Assembly (NCBI GenBank): GCA_043228905.1
Contig: JBHGNT010000008.1
Location: 3,968,001-4,032,000 of the forward strand
Reading direction: 5' to 3'
Source: Azolla caroliniana
Lineage: Eukaryota; Plantae; Polypodiophyta
Length of the DNA stretch: 64,000 nucleotides
In this document: in pieces, positions 1 to 13,530 of the stretch
Numbering within the stretch: position 1 is the first letter of the stretch
Layout: every line of letters begins with the position of its first letter
Position numbers and translations under genes: made by a program
Notes under the pieces: generated by a model
The model's input: only the letters and a program-made list of their open reading frames with translations
Database searches by the model: none
What the model was told of the DNA's origin: nothing

Positions 1-14
1 ATCTTGCGGAGGCC

Positions 15-2114
15 ATGGCTTCGGCCGTGGATCGGATATTGAGTGCACGCGAGGGCTCCGGCGCCCTCGACAGAGCCATTGAGGCGGTCGTCGGTACGAT
101 CGGCCGGTTTAGCGGAAAGGATGCCACGAAGTATTTTGCGTCCTACGAGGCAGAAATGTTGATGCGGGACATTCCGGAAGAGAGGCGTCTTGCCGGGTTC
201 CCTCGAGTGGCGATGCCGAGCATCCATGCGGATGTGCTCGAGGTGCGGGCCGAGAGCCGTACCTGGGAGGAGTTCGAAGGTCGACTCCTAGAAAAATACG
301 GGTTGGACGACGCGTTCCGGCATTCGAAACGGGACTTCATGGAGTGGGTGGAGTTCCCCGGCAAGGGAAGAAGCGCGTTGGCACTCCTCCGGGAGTTTGA
401 AGAACGCTTTGCGCGCCTTTCGGCGCTTGACCGAACCGTTCTGGATACGAGTCGGGTCCTACTGTTCGTCAAGTCGGTGGACGAGCGGGACCGGGATCAA
501 GTCGGCTCCTTGCTGGAGACCGAAGACGGGCTGACAACCGACTGGGCTGCGGTTAAGAGAGTCTGTGGCCGTTTCGACAAACGGCGAGAATGGGCTGATG
601 ACGGGGCGGCCGGTGCGGGCTCTGTCACAGCAAGGAGGCTTGAACCGGCACCGCAAGGGCGACGGGAAGAAGCCCGGGAGTGGCTCGAAACCGGTTCGGC
701 TTCGACCGGCATGATCAATGGCTTGTCCGGAGGAGCAGCGCTGGAGGAGTTGATGCGGGCGATAAAGGATCTCCAGATCGCCCAGACTCGAAGGGAAGAC
801 GGCGAACCGGCTCGTGACCGACGGCCGGCAGCCGGGAACAGGTGCATGTGGTGCGACGAGGTCGGCCACATTCGGAAGGACTGCGGCGATTTCGCTGAGG
901 CGTTGAGGAACCGGGTGGTGTACCTGTGGGAAGTCCGGGTGCACGCCGGCGATACCAGAAGGGCCCTAAACCGAAACGACGAGCGAGGAGGTATGAAGAG
1001 ACTGATGGAAGAGGCAGCGGCCCGACACGTGGAGGCCATCCACTACTCGGCGTCAGCCGGTATTCGGGTCGGGGGCAGCGAGGCCCGAAAGGAGAGCAAG
1101 GACGGGTTCTGGTCGGCAATGTTGGAAGGCCTCGCCGGCGCACGACTGAGGAAAGATGAAGCGGACTGCGCCGAGAGACGGGTCCGGGAAATAACCGGGT
1201 GGAGCGACCCGGTCGAGGAGAAGAAGGGCTTCGTAGAAGCCGCCTGCCGGAACTACGAGGCGCTGGTAGAGGACAAACGAGTGGGGAAAGCCGAAGCAGC
1301 CGGGCCCTCACAGCGATACGAGACCCGATTCGGGCAACGACGGAACGAAGCCGATGGGTCCAGCGCGCAAGATAACCCCAGGAAGGGCGGATACCGATTG
1401 GGGACAGAAATAGAAAGGACCACGGACCTACGAAAGGTCCTAGAAGAACGGATCCTCGACAGCAAAGTGGAGCTGTCATTACGGGAGGTGCTAGGGATTG
1501 CCAAGAAGGAGTTCCACGACTCCATTGTGGACTTGGTAAAGCGGAAGAGGCTGTCGACGGAGACAGAACCGGAAAGACCGGTGGAGGTGCGGACGACGCA
1601 CATCGACGACTTGGTGCTGGAAGATGAGTGGGCGGAGAGCCAGTATTCGAGGCCACACTGGGCCCCAGCAACCACGGAGACCCCGGTAAAGATCGGAGAT
1701 GTTCAAGAACCGGTGGTGGCGCTGGTGGACCACGGTTCGGAAATAAACCTGATGTCCATGGACTTCTATAAGAAGGGAAAGTGGCCGATCAACACCAAGC
1801 ACGGGTGGAAGATACGGGCGGCGACGTGCGCCACCGAGGAACTGCACGGGGCCTACCCGAACGTGCGAGTCAAGATCGGCGACTTCGAGATTGACCAGCA
1901 CTTCTTCGTACAGGAGACGTCCTCGCACCCGGTCATATTAGGGGAACCATACATCACGGCGGCGTGAATGGAGACCAAGGTGCTGGACAACGGTTCGGCC
2001 TACGCGAGGGTCAAAAGCCAGGACGGGAGCCATTAGGTCCAATTTCTGACGGTACGACCGAACCACGAGTGGAACCGCGAATCCCTCGGTGGCGAGAACC
2101 GGGAGGATTTTTAG
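15..2114 (+). pseudogene. Gag-protease ORF of Gypsy A, with premature stops at 1965 and ~2034
   Basis: ORF 15..1967 continues in the same frame past TGA (METKVLDNGSAYARV...REDF) to TAG 2112-2114. Confidence 0.85.
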
Positions 2115-2171
2115 AGAGGGTTGCCGAGGCGTGGGGCCGAGACAACCCGGACACTCGGGAAAGACCCCACG
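2105..2171 (+). promoter_or_regulatory. Putative -1 programmed ribosomal frameshift signal (G GAT TTT plus pseudoknot)
   Basis: Heptamer 2105-2111 is in the gag frame just before the TAG, and the -1 frame is open. A 6-nt spacer is followed by GGGTTG 2118-2123 / CAACCC 2143-2148 and CGTGGGG 2130-2136 / CCCCACG 2165-2171. Confidence 0.65.
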
Positions 2172-5100
2172 ACTGTACAATAGAACCAAAACCGAAGAAA
2201 CCTTGTACGATAGGTAGAAAATTCTGCTTCTCCAACAGCGGAGGGTGTATGATAGTCGGCATTGTTGGCCGAGAAAGGGCAAGGGCGGAGGAGCGACTTC
2301 GAGCGTGCGGAGTTCTCGGCCCGGACAAGGAAATCAGCGGAGCCGTGGAGGCGGTCTCCTTCGATGACACCTTGGGGATGCTGAGGAAGGTAGCCGAAGA
2401 AGACCTTAACGAAGACCGGACGATACCGGTATGTTCCGAAGAGATGTACGAAGTCATCGCTAACTTCAGTCAGGGGCTCGGGTCGGATCGGACAGCCCGA
2501 GTTAGCACGAAGTACAAGACTGTGGACCGGAGGGCAGCGAGTCCCGGATCAAAGGGGTTGCGTCGGACCCCAGTTTGCGAGATCCGGTCTGCATAGGACA
2601 CACCTTCACCGACGGGACGCTCCGGGAGCTCAAAATCAGTGGGGGCGGGTTCCTACTGCCGGTGGAGGAAGACCGGTTTCAGAGAATGCTCGGAAGGCAC
2701 CGGAAAGCCTTCGCATTCTCGCCGGAAGAGATCGGGTGCGTAGACCCGACAATCGTGGAGCCGATGGTGATATTCACGGTACCGCATGTGCCATGGAATC
2801 TCAAGCCGATTCCGGTACCGAGAGCTCACATCCCGAAGTTGATGGAGCTATTGAGGCAGAAAGTCGATATGGGCATTCTCGAACCGTCGAGTGCCCCATA
2901 CTCGAACCGATGGTTTACTGTACCAAAGAAAAACGGAACATTGCGCTTCATTCAAGACCTGCAGCCGGTCAACAGAGTGACCATTCGGAACGCAGGAATC
3001 GGACCGACCATAGACGAGTTCGCGGAGGCCTTCGCCGGAAGGTCGATTTACTCGGTCGGTGATCTGTACTCGGGGTACGACCAGTTCCAGCTAGCCGTGG
3101 AGAGCAGAGACATTACGACGATGCGAACTCCCCTCGGCCTAGTGCGAATGTGTACCCTGCCACAAGGAGGGACCAACTCGGTGGCCCACATGGTGAATGC
3201 AATGAACAAAGTACTGAGGGATTGCATCCCGGACATCACCATGCCGTTTCTAGACGATATCCCGATAAAGGGGTGCCCGGTGGAAGAGAAGGACGAGACA
3301 CTCGGGCCGGACGGATGCCGGCGATTCGTGTCAACACACATCGACGACTGCAAGAGGGTGCTACAAAGGCTAGAGGGTGCGAGGCTCACCTTCTCCGGGG
3401 AGAAATCGGCCTTCGGGCAATCTGAAATCCTGGTGGTCGGACACTTGTGTGGACCATATGGCCGGAAGCCGTCTCCGGCAAAGGTAGAAGCCGTCTCCGC
3501 GATGAAGACCGACTGTAGCTCGGTTACGGAAGTTCGGAGGTTCCTGGGGGCATGCGCATTCTACCACATATGGATCCCGCATTACGCCCACGTTGCGGAA
3601 CCGCTATACGGGTTGCTGAAGAAAGGGCGAAAATTCAAGTGGCGAGACGAGCACACGGAGTCGGTCCGGAAGCTGAAGGAAGCTCTTGCGGCAGCACCGG
3701 CGCTCCGGAAGGCGGTCTACGAGAAGGATACCCCGGTATACATAACGGTGGATACGAGTCCGACCGGGATCGGATGGGTCGTCAACCAAGAAAACGAGGA
3801 CGGCATTCGGTTCCCGATCCGATTCGGCGCAAAGGTCCTCAGTGAGCGACAGCGAGGGTACGCCCAGGTTAAACACGAACTCTGGGGTATCGTTTCGGCA
3901 GTAAAGGCCGACAAAGACTACCTAATCGGGACAGAAGTGATTATCGAGACGGATTGCCTGCCAATTCTCGGCATGGTTTCCGGATGCGCGACACCGGACC
4001 TTGCGATGCTCAGGTGGATAGCGTACATCAAGTCCCTGGACCCGGAAATACGACACATTTCTGGAAAAGACAACGCCATGGCCGACATGCTTTCGAGGGC
4101 GAGGTTTGATGACGAGGGCGGCATGGTTACGGAGGACGAAGAAGTCAGGGTGGACTTCTTCGAGGCAGCATACGTGACGACCGATGGGACGAGCACTCCG
4201 GCACTCAACGGCTTCGACGAGAGCAAGTACGACGACGAGTGGCTACAGATCGGTGGTTTCTTAAAGACCATGACGCCGGATGCGTCATGGACGAGGGACG
4301 AGACCAACCGGATCCAGAAGAAAGCATACTGATTCTTTCTCCGGGACGGATACTTATGGAAGCACCCAAAGAAGAGGAACGGCGTTCCGCTCCGGGTGGT
4401 GGCAATGAAGGAAGAACAGGAGGAGCTGCTGACGGCCTACCACGACAGCCCTTGGGCTGGACACCGTGGAACATGGGCCACGTTCGAGAAGATAAAGGGG
4501 AAGTACTGGTGGCCGGGACTGTACCGGGACGTGCATCGGTTCGTGACAACTTGCGAGAGCTGTCAGATGCACTCCGTAGTCCGACATCGGGACGAGCTTC
4601 ACCCTACGTACCCTCCGACCATCCACTTCAAATGGATGGTAGATCTGGTGACGATGCCGATGGGAGTAGGACAGATGCGGTATCTGGTCCTGGCTCGGGA
4701 AGATCTGACGAACCCGGTGGAAGGCCGAGCCCTTCAAAACAAAACATCTGCGGTCGTATGTCAGTTCCTGATCGAGGACGTGATATGCCGGTACGGGTGC
4801 GTCGGGAAGATCGTGGCTGATCGCAGGGAGTTGGACGCCGAAGAGGCCGAGGAGTTGTTCGACCGGCTAGGAGTCAAGCTCTCGCTTACCACTGCGTACA
4901 ATCCAGAGGCGAATGGGAAGGTGGAGCGCGGACACGGACCGATCGTCAAGGCGTTAGTTCGGGCATGCGGAGGTCAAGTCGGGAACTGGTCGCGGCTGTT
5001 GCCTTACGCGTTGTGGGCGGACCGAACTACGCACAGTTCGGTAACCGGATTCATGCCGGCAGAGCTCATGTTTGGGCAGAAGCCGATCATGCCGATGGAA

Positions 5101-5577
5101 CGTACGATCTCCTCATGGGCAACCGTGGACTGGAAAGACGAGATGAGCCGGGAGGAACTGTTGGCGGCGCGCATACGACAGCTCGAGCGAAGACCGGAGG
5201 ACGTGGAGCAAGTTGCGGGAAAGCTTCGGGTGGCAAGGACGAGGAACAAAGCCTGGTTCGACCGGACGCACTGGCTCCGACCAAAGAAGATCGAGGAAGG
5301 CGACTGGGTGCTAGTCTACGATAGCAGCCTCGACAACCAGCACCGAGCGACACGGAAGTTCGCAAGAAGGTGGTTCGGGCCTTACATGGTCCAAAGCGCC
5401 AACGACAACGGGACGTACCATCTGGCGGAACTCGACGGCACGAGAATGGCGATACCAGTAGCTGGGAAGCGGATCAAAGCGTTCAAGAAGCGTCACGACG
5501 ACGAGCCGGATCCGGTTGACTTGGACCGCGACGACGGACGATCCGAAACCGAGGAAGAACTGACGGGCGGGGAATGA
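2105..5577 (+). pseudogene. Pol (RT-RNase H-integrase) of Gypsy A, disrupted
   Basis: ORFs 1964..2596, 2575..4332 (RT/RH) and 4396..5577 (INT); frame break near 2530-2575 and TGA at 4330. Confidence 0.9.
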
Positions 5578-5650
5578 AGGCTAGACCGGTTTTCTCCGTC
5601 CCAACTCAATTTGGCGCATGCCGGTGGATGCGCGGTTAGGTGGGGGCGGA

Positions 5651-6285
5651 TGTCGTGAAGAAAACCGTCCACAAGCAGAATCGGTGCACCAGAGCGTAGG
5701 AACCAGCTCTTCATGAACGTACGCCTTATGTTGTACATAGAAGATCCTAGGTAGGTAGATTCGGTAGGTAGGAAGTTAATGGGAAACGGCTCCTTCCTTG
5801 CCTATAAAAGAAGGAAGACGAGGAGGGGGTGAGGGATCGCGAATAGTCGAGGATGAAGTGCTGTCGGTTTGTGGGCGGAGGCTTCTCTCTCTCTCTCTCG
5901 CTCGCAGACTCCGTAGCTTCTGGCTGTACAGGTTTCGGGAGGCTCGCGCTGCTCTGAGGAATGCCCGTGTGCTTCCGGCAGCACCTCCAACCTACTCTTT
6001 CCTTTCTGTGCGTTTACGAACAGGCATCGGCATCTGTTTGCCGGCCTGTTCGGTTGTAACCGACTTCGTGCTTTTTGCTGTTTGTTTGTTAATATATACA
6101 TTTACATACATTCGTGTCTCTCTGTGTCGGTGTCCCACTCGCATCTTTGTGTCGAAGGGTCGTGTCCCTGTGAATCTACGCTCGCAAGTAGTGGGTCCCC
6201 TCCCTTCTCCTTTCTCTCTTGCTCTTCGGTACAAGACCCCCGAGGTCCCGCCTCATTCCACGCATCCACGAGGGATACCTCGACA
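5651..6285 (+). repeat. 3' LTR of Gypsy A
   Basis: Starts TGTCG after the PPT, has TATAAAA at ~5803 and ends CGACA. The U5 motif CAAGACCCC..GGTCCCGCC is shared with the LTR end at 18576-18628. Followed by ACGT. Confidence 0.8.
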
Positions 6286-7443
6286 ACGTATTCAACAAGA
6301 TGTCGAAATGAGGGTACCTAGGCGACCAGTCCAATGATACCTCGAAGATCTGAGAGACAGTCGCCGCCTCCGGAGAGATACTCAGCCAGAATCTTCCTTA
6401 CGAACACCGGTCAACTGACGTCATATGAAGAAGCATCAGCATCAACCGATTCGGCCACATGGCATCTGGCAATGAAGTCGGAGATGAACTCCATTCATGC
6501 AAACAAGACTTGGGACTTGGTCGAATTACCGAAGAATCGATGTGCTCTTCCGTGCAAGTGGGTCTATATAATAAAAGAGACGTCTGATTTGGCCACCCTA
6601 AAATTCAAGGCCAGATTAGTTATGAAAAGGTTTCTACAAGAATATGGCGTCGATTTCGACGAAATCTTTTCACAAATGGTGAAAATGAAAACCTTTCGAT
6701 TTATGCTCAGCGTCGTGCTAGCCGAGAATTTGGAGCTTATACAGTTAGATATAAAGACAACCTTTCTCCATGGTGACATAGAGGAGGAAATTTATATGGA
6801 GCAACCGAAAGGCTTTGTTGAACCTGGCCAAGAACATCTAGTCTACCGACTCAAGAAGAGTCTTTATGACCTAAAACAGGCACCGAGACAGTGGTATAAG
6901 AACTTCAACAACTTTATCCAATCAGTCGGCTTCTCCAAGAGCGATGAGGACCACTACCTCTTCACGAAAACTGCTCGAGATGGGTCACCCATCTTCCTCA
7001 TTATCTACGTGGACGACATGTTGCTCTCCGGTCGGCATGCCGGAGAACTCATCGAACTTGTTCGACAACTGCGGTTGGAGTTTTCCATGAAGGACCTCGA
7101 TCCACAAGACACATTCTCAAAATGAAGATAAGTCGGAGTCGAAATCAAAGACAATTGTTTTTGTCTCAATCCGACTACATTGGACGTGTCTTAGAACACT
7201 TCAACATGCAATCGGCCAAATCTACTTCGACCCCGCTCCCCATTAGCCTTCAGTTGTCTCCACAAGACTGTCTAACATCTGGTTTGGAAGGGGAAACTAT
7301 GAAGTCGGTGCCGTATGCACCGGTTGTCGGCCCCTTGATGTACGCAATGGTTGCGACACGGCCTGATATTGCTCACGTCGTCGGAGTCGTCAGCAGATTC
7401 ATGCACAATCCTAGTCGATCACATTGGGATGTCGTAAAGCATG
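6286..7443 (+). mobile_element. Ty1/Copia RT fragment (copy 1, left part)
   Basis: ORFs 6334..7125 and 7122..7457: TWDLVELP, KARLV, QLDIKTTFLHG, LYDLKQAPRQW, YVDDML, TRPDIA; cut by an LTR at 7444. Confidence 0.93.
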
Positions 7444-7832
7444 TGTTGGCCGGTTAGAAGAGCAAGGACAAGTGGGAAGGCGGAGTCGGATCGGATAATA
7501 GGAAGTAAATAATAGTATATTTATTATTCGGAGGGACGGATCCGGTACAGTTGTACCGATCCGGATCCGGACCGATTCGGATGCCGGTTGCCTAAGCGCA
7601 CCGATTGTAACCTTGCCGGATGCCTATAAAAGGATCCGATGATTTGTAAATGCTTTACGGAAGTAATACAAATATACTTATTGCGTGTTTATCTTTGTCT
7701 TTGTATTGTTTTACCGTCTGTGCTTAGTGTAATCATCTTACGCGTGTAACCTAGCATCCAATCCTTACCACCCCTTTGGAGAAGTGTCGAATAGACACCT
7801 GTGTTGAGGCTAGTCCGGCCAGGCAGACAACA
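7444..7832 (+). repeat. 5' LTR of Gypsy B
   Basis: Direct repeat of 17114-17502; TG...CA termini; TATAAAA at ~7625. Confidence 0.96.
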
Positions 7833-7838
7833 CTATTT

Positions 7839-7848
7839 TGGCGACCAC
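7839..7848 (+). promoter_or_regulatory. Primer binding site, tRNA-Arg-like (TGGCGACCAC)
   Basis: TGG-initiated motif 6 nt after the 5' LTR. The tRNA-Arg assignment is from recall of plant tRNA 3' ends and was not searched. Confidence 0.65.
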
Positions 7849-7884
7849 GATTCTTGCAAAGTGCAAAGGACAACCGGGGGATGG

Positions 7885-10800
7885 ATGTCTAGACCAAACG
7901 ACAACCACATCACCGAACGAGGGAGACGATACACCGAACGAGAGCAACGACGGGAAGCCCTGCAGCAAGCCGTCGACGAGATCCGGCGAGATCGGTCATT
8001 CTCCAGAACTCTTCGGAGAGTCGCAGAAGAAGCACTGCAGTTCCGAGTTCTGCAAGTCCCCAACGAAGGCAGTAGCATAACAAGCCTACAAGAGGCGGAA
8101 ACGATACTACAGACGCTCGTCGGTGGCGACGGGGACTCGGAAGCATTCGCAACACTCGAGGCGGAGTCGGAAAGCGACGGAAGCGTTGCGTCCCGGTATA
8201 AAAGCAGCCACGACACACCAAACGACCTGGGGGAAGAGGAATCGGAAGACTCAGTAACACCGGAGCCAGAGGAAGAAATAACCTTGGAGTTCGGTGACCG
8301 GCAATCGCCGAGGGAGGCTGACCGGATACCGACAACACCCGCGAAGGAACCGAAGGAGCGGATACCGACAACACCCGCGAAGGAACCGAAGGAGCGGATA
8401 CCGACAACACCCGCGGAGGAACCAAAGGACCGAACACCGGCAACACCCGCGGAGGAACTGAAGGAGCGGATACCGGCACCAACCGCGGAGGGACCGAAGG
8501 TTCTCACACCGACACCAACAGCGGATAGAGAGCGGAGAGAGCAGGAGAGTCAGTTGGACGACACGATGCCGTACCCATACCCAAAGTACCGGGATGAGCC
8601 CGACGCGAAGGCACACGTGTACGCATTCCTCCAAACATGGGAAGCCAACCATGTCTCCCAAAGACTGACGGAGCCCAAAGCCGAACGATCCAAAGTCGCC
8701 GAATTCGGCATGACCTTAGAAGGACCGGCGGCCCGATGGCATGCAAAGCACTTACCGGGCAGCTTTGCCACATTCGATGCCTTCAAGGCCAAATTCCTCA
8801 GGCTTTTTCACAGACAAGTTGAGCAAAGGGAATTGGTCGGGCAGTTCTACACCACCCGGCAGGAAGAGAACGAGACTGTGCCACAATTCATCATTCGATT
8901 TCAGACCCTGCACAGCCAACTAACGAGAGCACCACCCGAAGACGACGCCAAAGCAGTCTTTTTGGCCGCGCTAAAAGAGCCACTTCGAACGATGTGCAGA
9001 GTCCTTGATTTCCGCACCAGCACAATGGACCAAGTTATTGATTGGGTCTTAGAAATGGACAAGACTAGCTCCTTCTTGTCGATGGGGATGTTACACCGGG
9101 CACTCCCGAAGGAGGAAGACCTGAGGTTCCGACAGGCCTTACAATGCACAACATGCCTAAATTCGGGCCACTCAACGGTAGACTGCAACCTGCAGACACA
9201 ATGTATGATCTGCAACTCTCGAGCCCATACAACAAACCGATGCGAATATAACCTGTTAAATCGGCAGGCGGCACCGGTTCGACACATAGAACCGCGCAAT
9301 CAGGACCCGGATGAGGATCGATTCCGGAGAGACGACCACTACCAACGCGAACATGGTAACAGATACGCTGATAGAAGACGCGATAGCTATGACCGAGAGG
9401 AGAAACGCAGAGATAGCTACCCCCGGGACCGGTACGACCGAGACGAATCCCCGGAATACGAACGACGCAGAGAAGAGAGGCGACAAGGGAGCCGAAATTT
9501 CCGACAGAATTAGAAGCGTGGATTTTTCCGAAGAGAGGAACGTCGGGAGGCAGCAAGGAATGACAACCCGGTATCGGTACCGGATAACCGAAAAACCGAA
9601 GACGACCGCCGAAGTATACCCACCCCCCAAACCGGGGACAAAGGAGAAACGAGCAACAGTCACAAGGTGTACTGTTATTACTGCCGTAAGGAGGGCCATT
9701 ATAGTAACCAATGCCCAAGCAAAACCAATGACAAGCATCCGGCAGTCAACATGGTTACAGCCGAAATAACGGAAGTGCAGCAGGTCACAACCCGGTCAAA
9801 GGGGAAGACTGCCGAGTGGGAAGCCCAGGAGGCAATCAGAAAACAAGCGGCGCAATGGATCAAGGAGGCCAATGAACAGAATGCGGCAGAAGTAAGAGAC
9901 CAAAATATGCCAAAAGACGAAGAAATCATATAGCCCGGAGAAAACCCGACGTGGCAAGCGCTCCAGGACTGTCAAATCGTGTTGCCGTTAGCACGGCTAC
10001 TACAGTTGGTGCCACGGTTTACGACAGACTTACAGGCATCCGTGAGCAAACCGAAGCCGACGCCAGCACCGGCATTCTTCTCCAACCAGGAGGAAGGACC
10101 AGTTGTGGTCGATACAAGTAGCCCGGCGATCACGGCAATCGTGAAAGGAAAGGAAATTGCCGGAACAATTATTGACGGAGGCTCCGGGGTAAATGTCATC
10201 AGCCGACAGACATGCGACAACCTGGGCATCCGGGAATGGGAACCATGCCCCTTCTGGTTACGCATGGCGGATACCAGCTCAGTCCGACCGACCGGGTTTA
10301 TCCGGGATTTGGAAGTAACGATCGGAGGCCACGTATTCCGGATATCGGTCGTGGTGCTGCAACTGAATGTACAAGGCGCGTACCCCCTACTGCTAGGACG
10401 ACCATGGCTGCGAACGGCGCATATCAAGAAGAACTGGCAAAAGGACATGATCACATTCCGGCGAGGGAAAACAAAGGTACGAGTAGTGACGCAACCACGG
10501 GTGATCGCCTTTAAGGAAGCAACTCCATTGTATGCGGAAAGCATCAACATGTTGGAGGGATTACCGGACGAGGAAGTCGATCGGTACCTCGAGGAACACC
10601 CACGAATCGTCCCACTATTTGAGGTGGATATCACGGCGGCAGTAGAACCGTACATCACGACGCCGGACGAACCGGACCAAGCAGCGATCCGGGAACTACG
10701 ACAAGCGCAGGAATCCCTAGAGAGGGAGATGACGATATCCCAGAGGGTAAAAGCATCCCAACTAGAGGAGGTGGACCTCGGCACAATAAACAAGCCCCGA

Positions 10801-13530
10801 CCGGTAAATGTCGCAAAGGAATTGCCGAAGGAAGAAAAGAAGGCAATGGTAGCATTATTAACAGACTTCAAGGATGTGTTCGCGTGGTCGTACGAAGACA
10901 TGCGAGGGCTGGACCCCCAGCTCTATCAGCACCAAATTCACCTAAGTACGGACGCGAAACCGATCGCTCAACGCAGGTACCGGATGAATCCGAATTATGC
11001 GGCGAAGGTGAAGGAGGAGATTGATAAGCTCCTCCGGGTCGGATTTATCCGACCGGTCACGCAGGCAACTTGGCTGAGTCCGATAGTGGTGGTCCCAAAA
11101 AAGAACGACAAAATCCGAGTATGCGTGGACTGCCGGAAACTAAATGCCGCAACGGTGACCGATGCGTTTCCACTACCATTTACGGACGGGGTGCTAGATG
11201 CGGTAGCCGGCCACGAAGTTTACAGCTTCCTGGATGGATTTAGCGGTTACAACCAAATACGAATGAACCCGGCCGACCAGGAGAAGACAACGTTCGTTAC
11301 GGAATGGGGAGTGTTCGTCGTGGTCGTGATGATGTTCGGACTAAAGACGGCCCCAGCGACCTTTCAAAGGATAATAATGGAAATTTTCGGGGAATATATC
11401 CCCGGTTTTATGCAGGTCTTCCTTGATGATTTCGCGGTCTACAGCCGGCACGGAGAGCATCTCGATCACCTCCGGCTGTGCTTAGAGAAGTGCCGCGAGT
11501 ACCGGTTGAGTCTGAACCCGGCCAAGTGCGTCTTGGGAGTGGCAAGCGGCAACTTACTAGGGCACGTGGTGAGTAAGGAAGGAATCGCGGTAGATCCGGA
11601 TAAAGTAAAGGCGATTCTCGAGGCACCGGCACCAAATAACGCAAAGGCTTTAAGCCGGTTCCTGGGCCAAATAAGGTGGCATAGCCGGATGATACGGCAC
11701 ATCGCAGACTTCGCTACACCATTGCATGCCGCCGTACACAGGTTACCCTTCCTATGGGCGGAGACGGAGGAGAAAGCCTACCAAGCGCTGAAGGTTATGC
11801 TGTCGCAAGCTCCGGTGGTGCAACCGCCAGATTGGAGTAAAAGCTTTCACGTCTTCGTCGACGCGTCGGACGTAGCAATCGGCAGCGTTCTGATGCAACT
11901 CACGGAGCCGAAATGGTACCGGCCGGTGTACTACGCAAGCCGGAAACTCTCAAAAGCCGAACGGAACTACTCTACGACGGAACGCGAGGCATTAGGAATG
12001 GTGTATAGTGTCACAAAGTACATGCACTATCTGCTCGGAAGGAAGTTTTCCTTCCATGTCGACCATTCGGCACTACTCTACCTGGTCTCGAAGGCATCCC
12101 TGACGGGAAAAATTGCACGATGGACACTGTTGTTACAGGAATTTGAATTCGACATTTTCCACCGACCCGGGGCGCAGCATGCGGTAGCGGACCACCTAAG
12201 CAGACTCGAATCCGGAGAAGCAGGGGACGGCGTACAGGATGAGTTCCCCGACGCCGAGTTGTTCCGGATCACGACGGAACCGGCAACGGATGCAACGGTA
12301 GCCGATGAAGACAAGTGGCTAACCGAGATGCATCAGTTCCTGAGCATCGGAGTACCCCCGGAGAACATGGACCGCGATGAAAGGAAAAGGGTAGCAGTAA
12401 GAAGCAGACATTTCTGCTTGGTTGGAGACACCCTCTATCACAAGGGGGCAGATGGCATCTAGAGACGAGCAGTGCGGAGCGATGAGAAGGATCTAATCCT
12501 CAGGGAAGCCCACTGTGGAATTGCCGGCGGGCATTATGCCGGCGACGCAACCGCTCGAAAAATATGGCAGAGCAGACTGTGGTGGCCCACCACCCTCAAA
12601 GATGCCGTGAAGTATAGCAGAGAATGCGATTTGTGTCAACGACTGGGCCAACCCACGGAGCAGGCCCGGATGCCACACCACCCGGTCTTGCCATTGGAAC
12701 CATTTCAAAAGTGGGGTTTGGACTTTGTCGGTCCCTTCAAGACATCGGCAATGCGAACCGGAAATCGGTATGTCATAGTGGCGACCGACTATTGCACCAA
12801 ATGGGTGGAAGCGAAGGCCTTACGGGATAACACGGCCGCGTCCACGGCAAAGTTCCTGTACGAGTGCATATGGTGCCGGTATGGATGCCCGATCGAGCTT
12901 ATAAGTGACCAAGGAGGACACTTTCTCGGGCAGGTAGTAGAAAGCCTGACGTCATTTTACGCGGTGGTACATAAAAGGAGTACTCCGTACTACCCTCAAG
13001 CCAATGGACTAGCGGAATCGACGAACAAAACTTTGCAGAACATCCTACGAAAAATCGTCAACGAGAACCGGACCGACTGGGATACGAAATTGCAGAGCGC
13101 GCTATGGGCGTACCAAACAACGTACAAAACCAGCATCCGGACAACCCCGTTCCGACTAGCATTCAGCTTAGAAGCGGTCATGCCGGTAGAGTTCCAGATC
13201 CCCAGCTTACGGATCCAGGTAAAGGAGCGCTTAAGTGAGAAGGAGTCCGAACGAATCCGACTGGCGACGTTGTTGGAATTAGAAGAAAACCGAATAGCCA
13301 GCTTACTACAACTCGAACTGGAGCAAAGGAGGAGAAAAGCTTTCGTGGATCGACACCGGTGTGGCAACGAAAAGGAGTTCGAAGTCGGAAAACCGGTGCT
13401 ACTGTTCTAGACACGGATGGGGAACATGCCGGGAAAGTTGCGGTTTCGGTGGACCGGCCCGTTCTGGATCACCAAGGAGTACAATGGGTCGTATCAGCTC
13501 GGCACGTTGTCTGGAGAAGTCGTATAAGGG
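7885..13530 (+). pseudogene. Single-frame gag-pol of Gypsy B with four in-frame TAG stops
   Basis: ORFs 7801, 9667, 9979 and 12472 share one frame, with TAG at 9511, 9931, 12460 and 13408. Domains: gag with 3 CCHC knuckles, PR (IIDGGSG), RT (FLDD), RNase H (FVDAS), INT. Confidence 0.9.
8322..8490 (+). repeat. 36-bp coding tandem repeat in gag (RIPTTPAKEPKE x about 5)
   Basis: CGGATACCGACAACACCCGCGAAGGAACCGAAGGAG units, degenerating toward the 3' side. Confidence 0.9.

Larger units (their letters stand above)
1..6285 (+). mobile_element. Ty3/Gypsy LTR retrotransposon 'A' (non-chromovirus; 5' LTR lies outside the window)
   Basis: Order gag (CCHC CMWCDEVGHIRKDC), protease (ALVDHGSEINLM), RT (GDLYSGYDQ...FLDD), RNase H (ITVDTS...ETDC), integrase (H-H-CC, DLV...D...E). 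G-rich PPT GGTGGGGGCGGA directly precedes TGTCG at 5651. No chromodomain seen. Confidence 0.93.

Noticed and set aside
9511-13410. Programmed read-through at the TAG codons in Gypsy B
   Set aside because: Four scattered TAGs, some in conserved positions, are better explained by CAG/TGG transitions after insertion.
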